Positions 48,928-59,300 of a DNA stretch of 64,000 bases are shown in pieces (positions within the stretch are counted from its first letter, which is position 1; every line of letters begins with the position of its first letter). Source of the DNA: an uncultured Acidobacteriota bacterium. Its GTDB lineage: Bacteria; Acidobacteriota; Thermoanaerobaculia; Gp7-AA8. The DNA is taken from assembly GCA_963822445.1 (NCBI GenBank), contig CAWGHO010000002.1, positions 1,696,001-1,760,000 on the forward strand. The letters run 5' to 3'. The notes beneath the pieces were generated by a model. That model worked only from the letters and a program-made list of their open reading frames with translations, made no database searches and was not told the DNA's origin. A program made the position numbers and the translations under genes.

Positions 48928-51900
48928 ATGAACGGCGGGACACCTTTGCAGGAGATCGCACCCGGTCTGTATGTGATCGGTGTCTCGCCGTCGTCTCCCT
49001 CGTTCTCCTCGCCGCCGGCGACGACGTACGCGTACTACCTCACGCAGGCGGTGCCGTCGCCGGCGGACCCCGCACCCACGCTCGACGACACCTGGACGGA
49101 TGCGGATTACAGCGGCTGGTATCTCTTCCTGATCGACCCCATCGTCGATGCCACGAAGTTCGTTGACGAGGCCCGCTCGCAACTGCCGGCGCTCACCGCG
49201 TCGCCGTCGCAACTGCCGATCGGGATCATCTGGATGCCCGATCCGTCGGACTTCGGCGCCGCGCAGGGACTCGTTCTCTACTCGCCCGCGGGTCAGCCGG
49301 ACCTGCGGACGCTCGGGCCGGGAAGCCCGCCGCCGGTCGCGTTCACCTGGGGAGCGCTGACGCTCACGATCGGCGGCGCGCGTTTCTCGCTGGATACGGC
49401 GGCGAATGCGATCACGATCAGCAGTCCGTCGGGCTCGGCGATCTCGTTGTCGTTCTGTCCGCAGGGCGGCACCGTCCTTCCGTACTCCAACGTACCGGCG
49501 ACGCCGTGGCTCGTCTCGATTCCGCTCACCGGGGACGCCGCGGGCACGCTGGGAATGACGGCAGCGCTGGAGCTCGGCTATCTGGTCGAGACGTTCGGCT
49601 GCGGCTTCCGCTACATCACCGAGTCGAGCGATGACGCGGGGCTGTATTACACGTTCGTTCCTCCCGCTGCGCCGTCGCTCGACGGGACGTTTCTCGGTTT
49701 CGCGCTGCAGTTGCATCCGCTGTTGCCTTGCGACCCCGCGGCGACGCGCCTCGCGTTCGATCTCGCCGGTTCGCCGCCGAACGAATATCAGACGGCGAGC
49801 GCGAACGTCGTGGCGCCGTACTTCCTCACGACGAATGGTGGGTCGTTCAACCTCGTGCCATATGACGTCTCCGCGGACGCGACCCTCGCGCCGCCGGGCT
49901 TCGCATTCTGTCTCGCACCCGGTTCGTCGCCGTCGCCCCAGCTCTACCTCGCGCCGTCGGGCACGTTTCAGGTCTCGTCGTTCAGCTCACCGGGCGAAAC
50001 GGGTGCGCAGTGGCTCTGCGGACTCACGGCGCAGGAGTACCTTCAGATCGAGACGAACGATCTGGTTGCGTTCATCGCGGGCATGCCCGCGTACGCGCCG
50101 GGAGCGGGCAGCGGCCCCGCGGCCGGCCACGGTCCTACGCTCGACGCGACGTTCACCACGTCGTGGCTGCAGTTTCCCGTCGCCTCGTCGATCGGCTCGC
50201 GCTCGTACTTCGGCATGCCCAGCGCATCGATCTATTACGCCGGAATCGGCGACTCGTTCGGCACGCCCGTCGTGTCGAAGCTCGTCACGTTCGCGGACAG
50301 CGCCACCTTTCCGATCGTTCCGTACGGAGGCATCTACGCCAGCGTCGAAGCGGGCGGTGGAGTCCCGGTCTTCAACGCCGGCGTCAGTCCCGTTGCGTTC
50401 GCGAGCTTTGAGTCGCTCGTGCTGAGCAGCGAGAGGCACCTGCGAGCGACGGCCGGCACTCCCGGTCCCGTGTTCACGGTCTCTTCGGCGAACGGTCTGA
50501 CGTCGGCCGGCGAGATCGGCTCGCCGCCGCCGGCGGGCACCGCGCTCACGCCGCAGGGTTTCGTCGTCCAGTTGAATGCCGGCGGAACGTGGGCCCAGCT
50601 GGATCTGGCGTTGAGCCCGGAGACGGCCGGACAGTATCTGAGCTTCAACGGAACGCCCACCGTCGTCGAGCCCGCGATCGCGAACGTCGTTCTGCAGACG
50701 GAGCTCTTCCTCGTCGTCACGAATCCCGCGAGCGTTGGCAACTTCAGCAACGAGATCAGCGTCGGAGGATTCAACTTCACGCTCGGCATCCAGCCGTCGT
50801 CGCCGCATGCGGATGACGGCACGCTGCTGATCTTCAAGTTCAACACGACCGCATCGCTGGCACAGCTCGCGGAGCGCACGGATCTCTGGGCGGACACGGC
50901 GACCTTCGTAACGGACGTCGCCGCCGCACAGCAGCAGATCCGCGAGGCCATCGAAGTGGCGCGGAACTATCAACGCGGCGCGGGCGCCAGTCCTTCGTCG
51001 GGCAATCCGTTCGCGTACTTCCTTTCGATCCTCGACGTCCCGGGCTGGACCGGCATCCTCGCGCTGAACTGCGCGATCGACGGCAACGGGATGCCCGAGG
51101 ATTTCCAGATGCTCCTCGGGGGAATCCAGGGGCAGTTGCGCGCCCACCATCTCGGAGTCGAGCGCAATCGCGTGACCCAGGATCCCGATGGCGGCGCGAG
51201 CCTGCAGCAGAGCTCTCTGTTCGGCGTCATCCACTACGCCAGTCCATCGTCGGCAGCCTCGCCGGCGGAATCGCCGGCGCCGCTCGCCTACGGAGTGGAA
51301 ACGCTCACGGTCGTCTTCCAGAACTCGCAGATCACGCAGTTCAACGTCGTCGTCGGGCTGACGATCAACGAGCTGTTCGGACGCGAGACCGCGCTCGTCG
51401 TCACGTCGCTCTCGCCGCCTCCGCGGAACACGCTCGAGATCGCGGGGCAATACCAGGTCACCGGTTCCATCGGCGTCGTCACGTTCCAGACGGACCAGGC
51501 GTTCATCTACGACTTCCCCGTGCCGGCCGGCGCGGCGCGCGTGCTGGATCACGTCCTGTTCGACAGCGCATCGCTCGTTCCTGTTTCGTCGGTGCCGCTG
51601 TCGGGCGGCGGGACGCAGATGACGGCTCAGTTCTCACTGGCCGGCGGGATCTGGTTCAGCGCCCAGCCGTTCCCGGGCTCTGGAGACTTCGATCTTTTCT
51701 CATACGGCAACGGCGTCGCGGCGGACGGCGGACTGTCGTTCACGAACATGACCATGCAGATCGTCTTCACCCTCGACTCTGCGGGCGCGATGGTCCCCGG
51801 CAGCCAGACCGTGACGTTCGTGCCGTCGCTCCTCACGATCCTGCCGTCGCCGGGCGCCATCCGCTCCGGCAGCCTGCTCGGTGCGCTGCCATTGCAGCTC

Positions 51901-52506
51901 TCGCAATTCCTGGAGTCGCCGGCGGGGATGACGACATCCTCCCTCGGCGCAAACGTCGTGAACTGCCTGCAGCTCGAAGGACAGCCGTCGAGCAGCTCGC
52001 CGCCGCTGTCGCCTTCCGAGTCGTTGCCGGCATCGCCGCCGGCCGTGTCGCCCGCGACCTCGCCGTACGTCACCGTCGCGCCGACGTTCGCGCTCGAGTA
52101 CGACCTCCCGCTCGGTTCCCTCGGCTCGCTCTCCGGTCCGAACGCCGGCCTGATGGCGAAGCTCTTTCTCGGGTGGGGGCCGTCGACGGTCATGCCCGGC
52201 AGTGACGCGGCCGCGGTGTTCGTGCAACTGCCGCAGCTCTCCGCCGGTCTCGGCGGCGGCTTCAATCTCCAGGGAATCCTGAAGACCGTCTTCGGCGACG
52301 CGAACCTGCTCGCGGTCGACGTCGACGGACTGCCGGTGTACGCGCTGCTCTTCAACAACGTGCAGCTCAGCGTGCTCGGTTACGCCTTCCCTCCCGGCGT
52401 GATCGTCGATTTCCTCCTCTTCGCCGGGCAGGCCTCGCAGAACGTGAACACCAACACCAGCAACCTCGCCTGGTTTCTCGGCGTGCTGCCACAGGGGTCG
52501 CCGTAA
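48928..52506 (+). CDS. Large hypothetical protein (1192 aa), Ser-Pro-rich, Lys-poor
   Basis: Long ORF with genome-typical codon usage; alternating beta-strand patterns; no signal peptide. Confidence 0.9.
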   Translation: MNGGTPLQEIAPGLYVIGVSPSSPSFSSPPATTYAYYLTQAVPSPADPAPTLDDTWTDADYSGWYLFLIDPIVDATKFVDEARSQLPALTASPSQLPIGIIWMPDPSDFGAAQGLVLYSPAGQPDLRTLGPGSPPPVAFTWGALTLTIGGARFSLDTAANAITISSPSGSAISLSFCPQGGTVLPYSNVPATPWLVSIPLTGDAAGTLGMTAALELGYLVETFGCGFRYITESSDDAGLYYTFVPPAAPSLDGTFLGFALQLHPLLPCDPAATRLAFDLAGSPPNEYQTASANVVAPYFLTTNGGSFNLVPYDVSADATLAPPGFAFCLAPGSSPSPQLYLAPSGTFQVSSFSSPGETGAQWLCGLTAQEYLQIETNDLVAFIAGMPAYAPGAGSGPAAGHGPTLDATFTTSWLQFPVASSIGSRSYFGMPSASIYYAGIGDSFGTPVVSKLVTFADSATFPIVPYGGIYASVEAGGGVPVFNAGVSPVAFASFESLVLSSERHLRATAGTPGPVFTVSSANGLTSAGEIGSPPPAGTALTPQGFVVQLNAGGTWAQLDLALSPETAGQYLSFNGTPTVVEPAIANVVLQTELFLVVTNPASVGNFSNEISVGGFNFTLGIQPSSPHADDGTLLIFKFNTTASLAQLAERTDLWADTATFVTDVAAAQQQIREAIEVARNYQRGAGASPSSGNPFAYFLSILDVPGWTGILALNCAIDGNGMPEDFQMLLGGIQGQLRAHHLGVERNRVTQDPDGGASLQQSSLFGVIHYASPSSAASPAESPAPLAYGVETLTVVFQNSQITQFNVVVGLTINELFGRETALVVTSLSPPPRNTLEIAGQYQVTGSIGVVTFQTDQAFIYDFPVPAGAARVLDHVLFDSASLVPVSSVPLSGGGTQMTAQFSLAGGIWFSAQPFPGSGDFDLFSYGNGVAADGGLSFTNMTMQIVFTLDSAGAMVPGSQTVTFVPSLLTILPSPGAIRSGSLLGALPLQLSQFLESPAGMTTSSLGANVVNCLQLEGQPSSSSPPLSPSESLPASPPAVSPATSPYVTVAPTFALEYDLPLGSLGSLSGPNAGLMAKLFLGWGPSTVMPGSDAAAVFVQLPQLSAGLGGGFNLQGILKTVFGDANLLAVDVDGLPVYALLFNNVQLSVLGYAFPPGVIVDFLLFAGQASQNVNTNTSNLAWFLGVLPQGSP

Positions 52507-52844
52507 TGAGCTCTCCTCTCGATGTCAACGGCGTGATCGCGTGGCTGAACGGGACGTTCGGCCTGTCCATGCCGGTGCTGCCGTTTTCCGCGCCCTGGCT
52601 CGCGCCGTTCGCCGGCCTCTGGAATCTGCTCGTGCCGGGATCGCTGCCAAAGCCGGGCGATCCCTTCCCCTGGACGATCCCCGTGTCGGGCACGTGGACC
52701 GTGCCCGTCGGCGGCACGTTCGTGCTCGAGAACATCACCATCGTCGTCGCCGCCGGGCCGGCGACGAAGGGATTCCTCGCGCGCGTGAAGCGCGCCCTCA
52801 CCCGCCCGAAGACCAAACGAAAGCGAGCCAACCCGGCGCCGTGA
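52506..52844 (+). CDS. Small hydrophobic Pro/Trp-rich protein with basic tail
   Basis: TAATG coupling to the upstream gene; ends ARVKRALTRPKTKRKRANPAP. Confidence 0.7.
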   Translation: MSSPLDVNGVIAWLNGTFGLSMPVLPFSAPWLAPFAGLWNLLVPGSLPKPGDPFPWTIPVSGTWTVPVGGTFVLENITIVVAAGPATKGFLARVKRALTRPKTKRKRANPAP

Positions 52845-52899
52845 ACGGCGTCTCGCACTGCTACGTCCACCGCCTTCATTTCACTCGCGAACAAGGAGA

Positions 52900-53358
52900 A
52901 TGATCATGCCCTCACCAACCCCTCCCGGCACCAGCGTTTCCGTCTCGGCGACCCTGCAGTTCTCGGGTCAGGACGTCGTCATCAGCAGCGGCGACATCTC
53001 CAATGCCTCCCAGGCGCTCTCGAACCTCGTTTTCTCGCTCACGGCACCGGTCACCCTCGGTTCGTTCGACAACTTCATCGATGCGCTGCACGCCGACCTC
53101 GGCGTGCCGCTCACGTCCTCCGAGATCACCAGCGCGATCGATGAGATCCCGAGCTCGCCGGCCGTGCTCGGTGCGATCAAGAACGACCTGCTGGCGATCG
53201 TGAGCACGCCGCTCATCCTCAACACGCTCAACGTCAACACTGCCGCCGGGGCGTATTCGGTCGGCGTTTCGTTCCCGGTGCACATCCCGATCACGAGCTT
53301 CCTCTCGTTCAACGGCATCGGCGTCCTCGTCTCCTACCAGTCGGCCAGTCCCGCATAG
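52900..53358 (+). CDS. Hypothetical acidic protein (~150 aa)
   Basis: AAGGAG RBS; the start may be 52906. Confidence 0.8.
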   Translation: MIMPSPTPPGTSVSVSATLQFSGQDVVISSGDISNASQALSNLVFSLTAPVTLGSFDNFIDALHADLGVPLTSSEITSAIDEIPSSPAVLGAIKNDLLAIVSTPLILNTLNVNTAAGAYSVGVSFPVHIPITSFLSFNGIGVLVSYQSASPA

Positions 53359-53365
53359 GCGAACG

Positions 53366-56300
53366 ATGAGCACCGACGTCATTCTGCAGCTCAGCGGCAC
53401 CCTCTTCGGCGTCGATCTCGACGCCGAAGTGGTGGTGGCGGGAGGTCCGCTCTCCTTCCGCCTGGCGCCCGCGCAGCCGATTCCGTTCGAGGAGATCTGG
53501 AACGCGATCGACACCGAGCTGCAGAACATCGCCGGCTTCAGCCTGCCGGACATCGCCGGCGGTCCGTGGGGCGGACTGTTCGGCGCGGGCGGTACGGTGA
53601 TGCCGACGCTGTGGATCGCGCCTTCCGGTCCGGGCCCTGCCGCGGGCACGTATCTCCAGCTCGATTTCTCGGAGCCGATCCAGATCGGCGGAACGTTCTC
53701 GACGCCCATCGGCACGATCACCATCGAGCCGAACTTCCAGGTCTGGAGTCTCTACTTCGGCTACGACCAGGCCACAGGGCCGGGCCTGGCCATTCGCGCG
53801 AAGATCTCGACGTCGAGCGCCGGCAGCGCCGCCACTTCCGACAAGGCGCAGATCGTCAGCTATCCGTTTCCCGTGCCGGTGCAGCCGTCCTCGAACGGGT
53901 TCCAGGTGAACTACCTCGGGCTCGGACAGCGCATCGGGCCCACCGTCAACGTCACCGGAGACGATCCGCTCGCCGCGATCTTCCAGCAGTTGGAGACGGA
54001 GCTCGTCGGCACCGATCCGCGGACGATCCTCACGACGCTCGCGAATGATTTCTACCAGCCGGATCGCGACTGGTTCATTGCCGCGGACATCTCCCTGCGT
54101 GGGTTCCGCGTGCGGATCCTCTTCAACGATCCGGTGCTTTACGGGCTGGAGATCACGGTCAGCTCGTCTCCGCCAACGTTCTTTTCCGGCCTGCTCTTCG
54201 AGATCCTCTACCAGAAGCTCGGCCCGAATCTCGGCGTTTACTACGGTGCGCTCACGCTGCCGATGGCTATGCGCCGCATCGTGCTCGACGGCGTGATCCT
54301 GATCCTTCCGGGCTTCTCGATCTGGGTCTACACCAACGGCGACTTCCGCGTGAACGTCGGCTGGCCCGTCGGCACGAGCTCGATCGGCGTGCAGGTCGGT
54401 CCGCTCATCGGCTGGGGCGGTTTCTATTTCGCGAAGCTGAGCAGCGGAGACAATCCGGGCGCGCAGCCGAGCGTCGATTACAACCCCATCCTCGCGTTCG
54501 GTCTCGGCGTAACGCTGTCGCTCAACGAGAGCTTCAACGCCAGCATCTTCAGCGCGACGATCTCCGTCTCGCTCTCGGCCACGTTCCAGGGATTGCTCGC
54601 GTGGGAGGCTGGCAACTCGATCTCCGGTCCACCCGATCACTACTGGTTTGCCGGCACCGCGGGGTTGTCGGTGCTCATCCAGGGAACGGTCGACTTCGCG
54701 ATCATCAAGGCATCGGTCACGATCAGTTTCACAGCGAACCTCGGCGTCGCCTTCGAGACCGGTTACCAGACCCTCGTCGCGGTCTCGGCGTCGGTCTCCG
54801 TCTCCGTCTCCATTCACGTCATCTTCTTCACGATTCACCTCTCGTTCAGCACGACCGTGAGCACGCAGTGGGTGATCGGCAGCGGCACCGGCATCGCGTC
54901 GGTCAACGGTCCGCAGGCGCCCGGCCTCGCCATCACTGGCGGCTTCGGGGCGCCCGATCCCGTGCACGTGGAAGCGCTCCGCTCGGCGCGGCTACTCATG
55001 GATCGCATGGCGGCAACGCCGCGGCGCGCCGCGAGCCCCACGGATCCAGTCACGCGGCTCGATGAAGCGAGCCGCATCGCCGCGGTGTCGCCCATCTCGA
55101 TCCCGGTGCAGTTCGTTCTCCAGCCGACAGTCGTCTACGACAGTCCTCCTTCGTTCAACGTCATCGCGTCGTTGCTGCTCGAGTCTCCCGGGCCCGGCTC
55201 ATCGCCACCGGCGTCGCCGGCGATGGGAACGCCGTTCGAGAGATTGATCGTGGCGATGGTGGACTGGCTTCTGGCCATGTTTCCGACGGGCACGCTCAGC
55301 GAGCGTTTCGCACAGGTCGTGTCGGCCCTCGGGTCAGGCAATGAAGCGCCGTTCGACGGAGACTGGACCGCGTTTCAGTCGAGTCTTCAGACGTTCCTGC
55401 AGAGTGCCCTCACGTTCGACGTTACCGCCGCGGGAAGCGACTCGCCGTCCGGCGGCATCGACAGCGTGGCCGTCTTTCCGATGCTGTACGGCCTCCAGCT
55501 CGCGTACGTCGACGAGAACGGTGACCCGCAGACGATCGACTTCGACACCTTCAATCCGACTCCCGCGGATTACCCCACCGCGGTGAGCCTGTACTTCGCC
55601 GACTCGCAGTGGAGCGGCAGTCCGGCCGGCAACGGCGGATTCACTTCCCCGTCGCTGAGCATGGCCACGTTCACGCTCGCCGACTACTTCCTCATGCAGG
55701 CGCGCAATGCCGCGAACGCGCTGTACACCGCGGCCACGGCGTACGAGCAGAACGCGACGAACGTTTTCCTCGCGCAAGTCGATGCATTGCGCGCCGGCGG
55801 TGGCTCGCAATGGGACCTCGTCGACGCCACCACCGAGCACGCGGCGGACCTCGTCGGCGGGAACGAGCTCGAAACGCTGCTTCAGCAATTCGACTACGCG
55901 TCCGCCGCGGGGATGGGCTCGCGATTCCTTCTCAACGGACTGCAACTGCCGGTGCCGGCCGACGTGCCGCCCGATCCGACGTTCGAGAACATGAAGAGCG
56001 TTCCGACGGCGGGCCTGTACATCCTCACCGGGCAGCAGTACGCAATCGCGCAGGGCGCGACCACGGCAACCGGGACGTTGAGTCTCGATCCCTCCGCCCC
56101 TTCCGGCTGGATCACGTTCGACGGCGGTTCCACCGGCGCCGTTTCGACGATCGAGCTTCCGTCGTCGATTCCGCCGTCGCCGCTGCCGCAGTGGCAGACG
56201 GGGACACAGAGCCCGTCCGCCGGCACTGCCGTATTCAACGCGCTGCCCGCGGTCACGTCGCATCCGCTGTACGTCTCGCTGAAGAACCAGATCGCGTGGG

Positions 56301-59300
56301 ACGCGAGCGGCATGGCGCAGACGATTCTCGCGCTCCCTGCGCAAGTGAAGCAGCTCCTCGCCGGCGGCGTGCAGCTCCAGATCACCGCCGATCCGCCGGC
56401 GAGCACGAGCTCCGGGTCGCCGGTGGCCGCGCCGCCGCTCATTGCCGCGACTCCGGCGCTGCTCATCCGCATCACGCTGACGCAGGTGCCGTCGAACAGC
56501 ACGAACAGCGTGGCGCCCGGCTCGCCGACGGGATCGTCGCCGCAAGCGGAGCCGCAGCAGTATCTGCCGAACATCTACCAGGTCACCGGGGCCGACGAAG
56601 AGACGCGCGACCGGATCTTCGCGGCGCTGCAATCGGGTCTTTCGGGCGCGTCAATCTCGCTGCTCTATCCCACGTCGGGCAACTCGCCCGGGCCGTCGGG
56701 ACTCGTCTCCGAGGGACTGGGCATCGACGTGATGCTCGTCAAGACGAATCTCTCGACGCTGAACCAGGTCGGCGACGTCGTCATGGCTTTCCGCAAGTCC
56801 GCGGCGACGATGAACGACGACGCATCCTCAGCCACGGTCACCGAGGTGGTCGGGTTCCTCGAGTTGCTCTGGCAGGTGAGCGTTGTCAACGCGCCCGGAT
56901 TCTTCCTCTTCTATGAGAACGACCAGGGCCAGGACCTGCCGTCCTCGCTCTTCTCTTCGGCGGGTACGCAAGGTGGCGGGACGGCGCAGTTCGACGTGCT
57001 CGTGCAGTTCGCGGCGGTGCCCGCGGAGACGGTCAGCGTGCCGCAGTACGCGAGCTGCATCTTCATCGAGGCGCAGAGCGGAAGCGATCCGCTGTACGCC
57101 GGCGTGCTCGATGCGGATGGAGCGCCGCTGCCGCAATGGTTCCCCACGATGCCGCCGGGCAACGTCGGCTTCACCGTGGAATGGGAGCCGCCGGTGACCA
57201 GTCCGAACGATCTCGTGCCGGTGGGTGAGCTCTATCACCTCCTGCAGTACCAGGTGCAGGGAAGCGGCGGCTACATGGAGTCGGTGTGGAGCCTGCCGGT
57301 CGGCCCGATGCAGAACAACGGCGTATTCGCGTCGGCGTCGTCGCCGGAGCTCTGGCAGTACCTCACCAACGTACCGGTGTATCTCGCTTACGGCACGTCG
57401 CCGGCCGAGGCGCCGAGTCCATATGCGATCGTGGGAACGACGGTCGGCGTCGATCTGCGCATCGCCGATGTCTATGGCGATGTGTTGCCGTCGACGTACG
57501 ACGCCACCTTTGCTCCGCTTTATCAGGATGCGCTGATCTCCATCGCGCAGTGGCCCGGCCTGTACGTGCAGTACCGCTTTGTCGCGTCGAGCGGCAACGG
57601 GCAGGCGGTGCTCGAGATCACCGCGACGTTCGATCCCGATTCGGTCGTGCCGCCGGCGGCGTCACCAGCCTCGCCGCAGGGCTCGTTCAACGTGCAGCAG
57701 CAGTGGCAGACCGCGCTGTCGCGTTACGACCTGATCCTGTATCAGCTCGCGGATCCGAATGTCACCGTGTCCGTTGCCACGAGCGTGGCGGGCGGCCCGG
57801 TCGGCGATCCCACTGCGATCGCATCGTCGCTGTACGAGTTTGCTGTCGCCATCGAAGAAGAGATCGCGGTGGCGATGTCGTCGCCGGACGCGGCCTCACA
57901 GGTGACGCGCGTGATCTCGATCGACGTCCCGTTCGCAGCCGTCGTCGCGCAGACCGTCGACATCTTCCAGGTCGGCGTGACGATGACGTTCGCGCGCCAC
58001 GCGGCACTCGTCGATCCGATCGCCGCGGCGAACCTGCCGGGAGCGGTCAGCGTCGCGTACGACGTCCCGGCCGATCTCACTGGTGACGCGGCGTCGCCGA
58101 ACGTCACCCTTTTCGCCCAGGACTTCGAGGCGGCCTTCGCGGGCTTCGACGGTGCCTCCGGCGAGCTCAAGCTCGCGCAACGCTCCGGCGTCTCCACCGG
58201 CTCCTCGGCACCGGTCAGCGAATCGCTCTGGGCGGTGCGCTTCAGCGCCACCGACGGCATTGCACTGTCGATGCAGCCGGGCCTCGCGTACTTCGCGCTG
58301 CAGCCGCTGTCGACCGAGCCGCTCAGCGGTGTGGCCGCGGGCCAGACCTGGTCGAACGTAGACATCGATGCATGGGCACAGCAGTTCCTCGCCGCATACG
58401 ACGCGTTTCTCTCGCCGCAGATGGCGGTGGCGATCGCCGTGCTCGACGCGCAGGACGAAACGAGTGCCTATGAGTCGCTCACCACGACGAAGCAGCAGCT
58501 CGCGAACACGGTTCCCCTCGGCCTGACGCAGATCCTCGCGGCGCAGGCAGGGCTCGGCGATCTGACCGCCGCGCAGACGCGGCTGACGAACGCGATGCTC
58601 ACGCAGCTCGGCAGCGCATTCTCTGTCAGCACGATCGTGCAGGTGCCGGCGACGGTGAGTGTGGCGGCGATGGCCGAGAGTCCCGATCAGACTTCGCAGC
58701 CACCGCAGGTCTACGGCGCTCTCGTTCCGGTCACGGCTGCCAATTCGTCGACGGCATCGACCTACTCGTTCTCTCCGGGAGAAGTCGTGCTCGCGCCGGG
58801 ATCGCAGTGGATGACGTCCCTGCTCACCGTCGCGCAGCCCGGCGAACAGTCGTCGCTTTCGATCGGACTGGCGTATCAGATCAGCTATCTCCAGCACGAC
58901 TTCCTCGGCAACGAAGCGGAGCTCGGCTACACACCCTCGTCGTGGCTCAAGTTCGTCGTGCCCGCCGTGCCGTTGCTCCAGCTTCCGATCACAGCAGCGG
59001 CGGACATCCCGATTCCGCTGATCTTCGAGCCGTCCGCGCCTTCGCTCGTGGTGCAGAGCGCGACCGAGGCTCCTCCGGGATCGCCGGTCAGCCCGAACGA
59101 CATCCAGGGCGAGATCGGGCAGATGCTGCAGTGGAACTACGCCGTCGACATGGCCCTCGCGCTCGAGGCGCAGGACGAGCTCCATTTCGACGTCACGTAC
59201 AACGTTCCCGCCGCACCGAGCGTGCTGACGGCGATGACCGCAACCTCGACCGCGCCGCTGGCGGGCCTGTTCAACGCACTGGCCGAGTTCAGGCAGTGGT

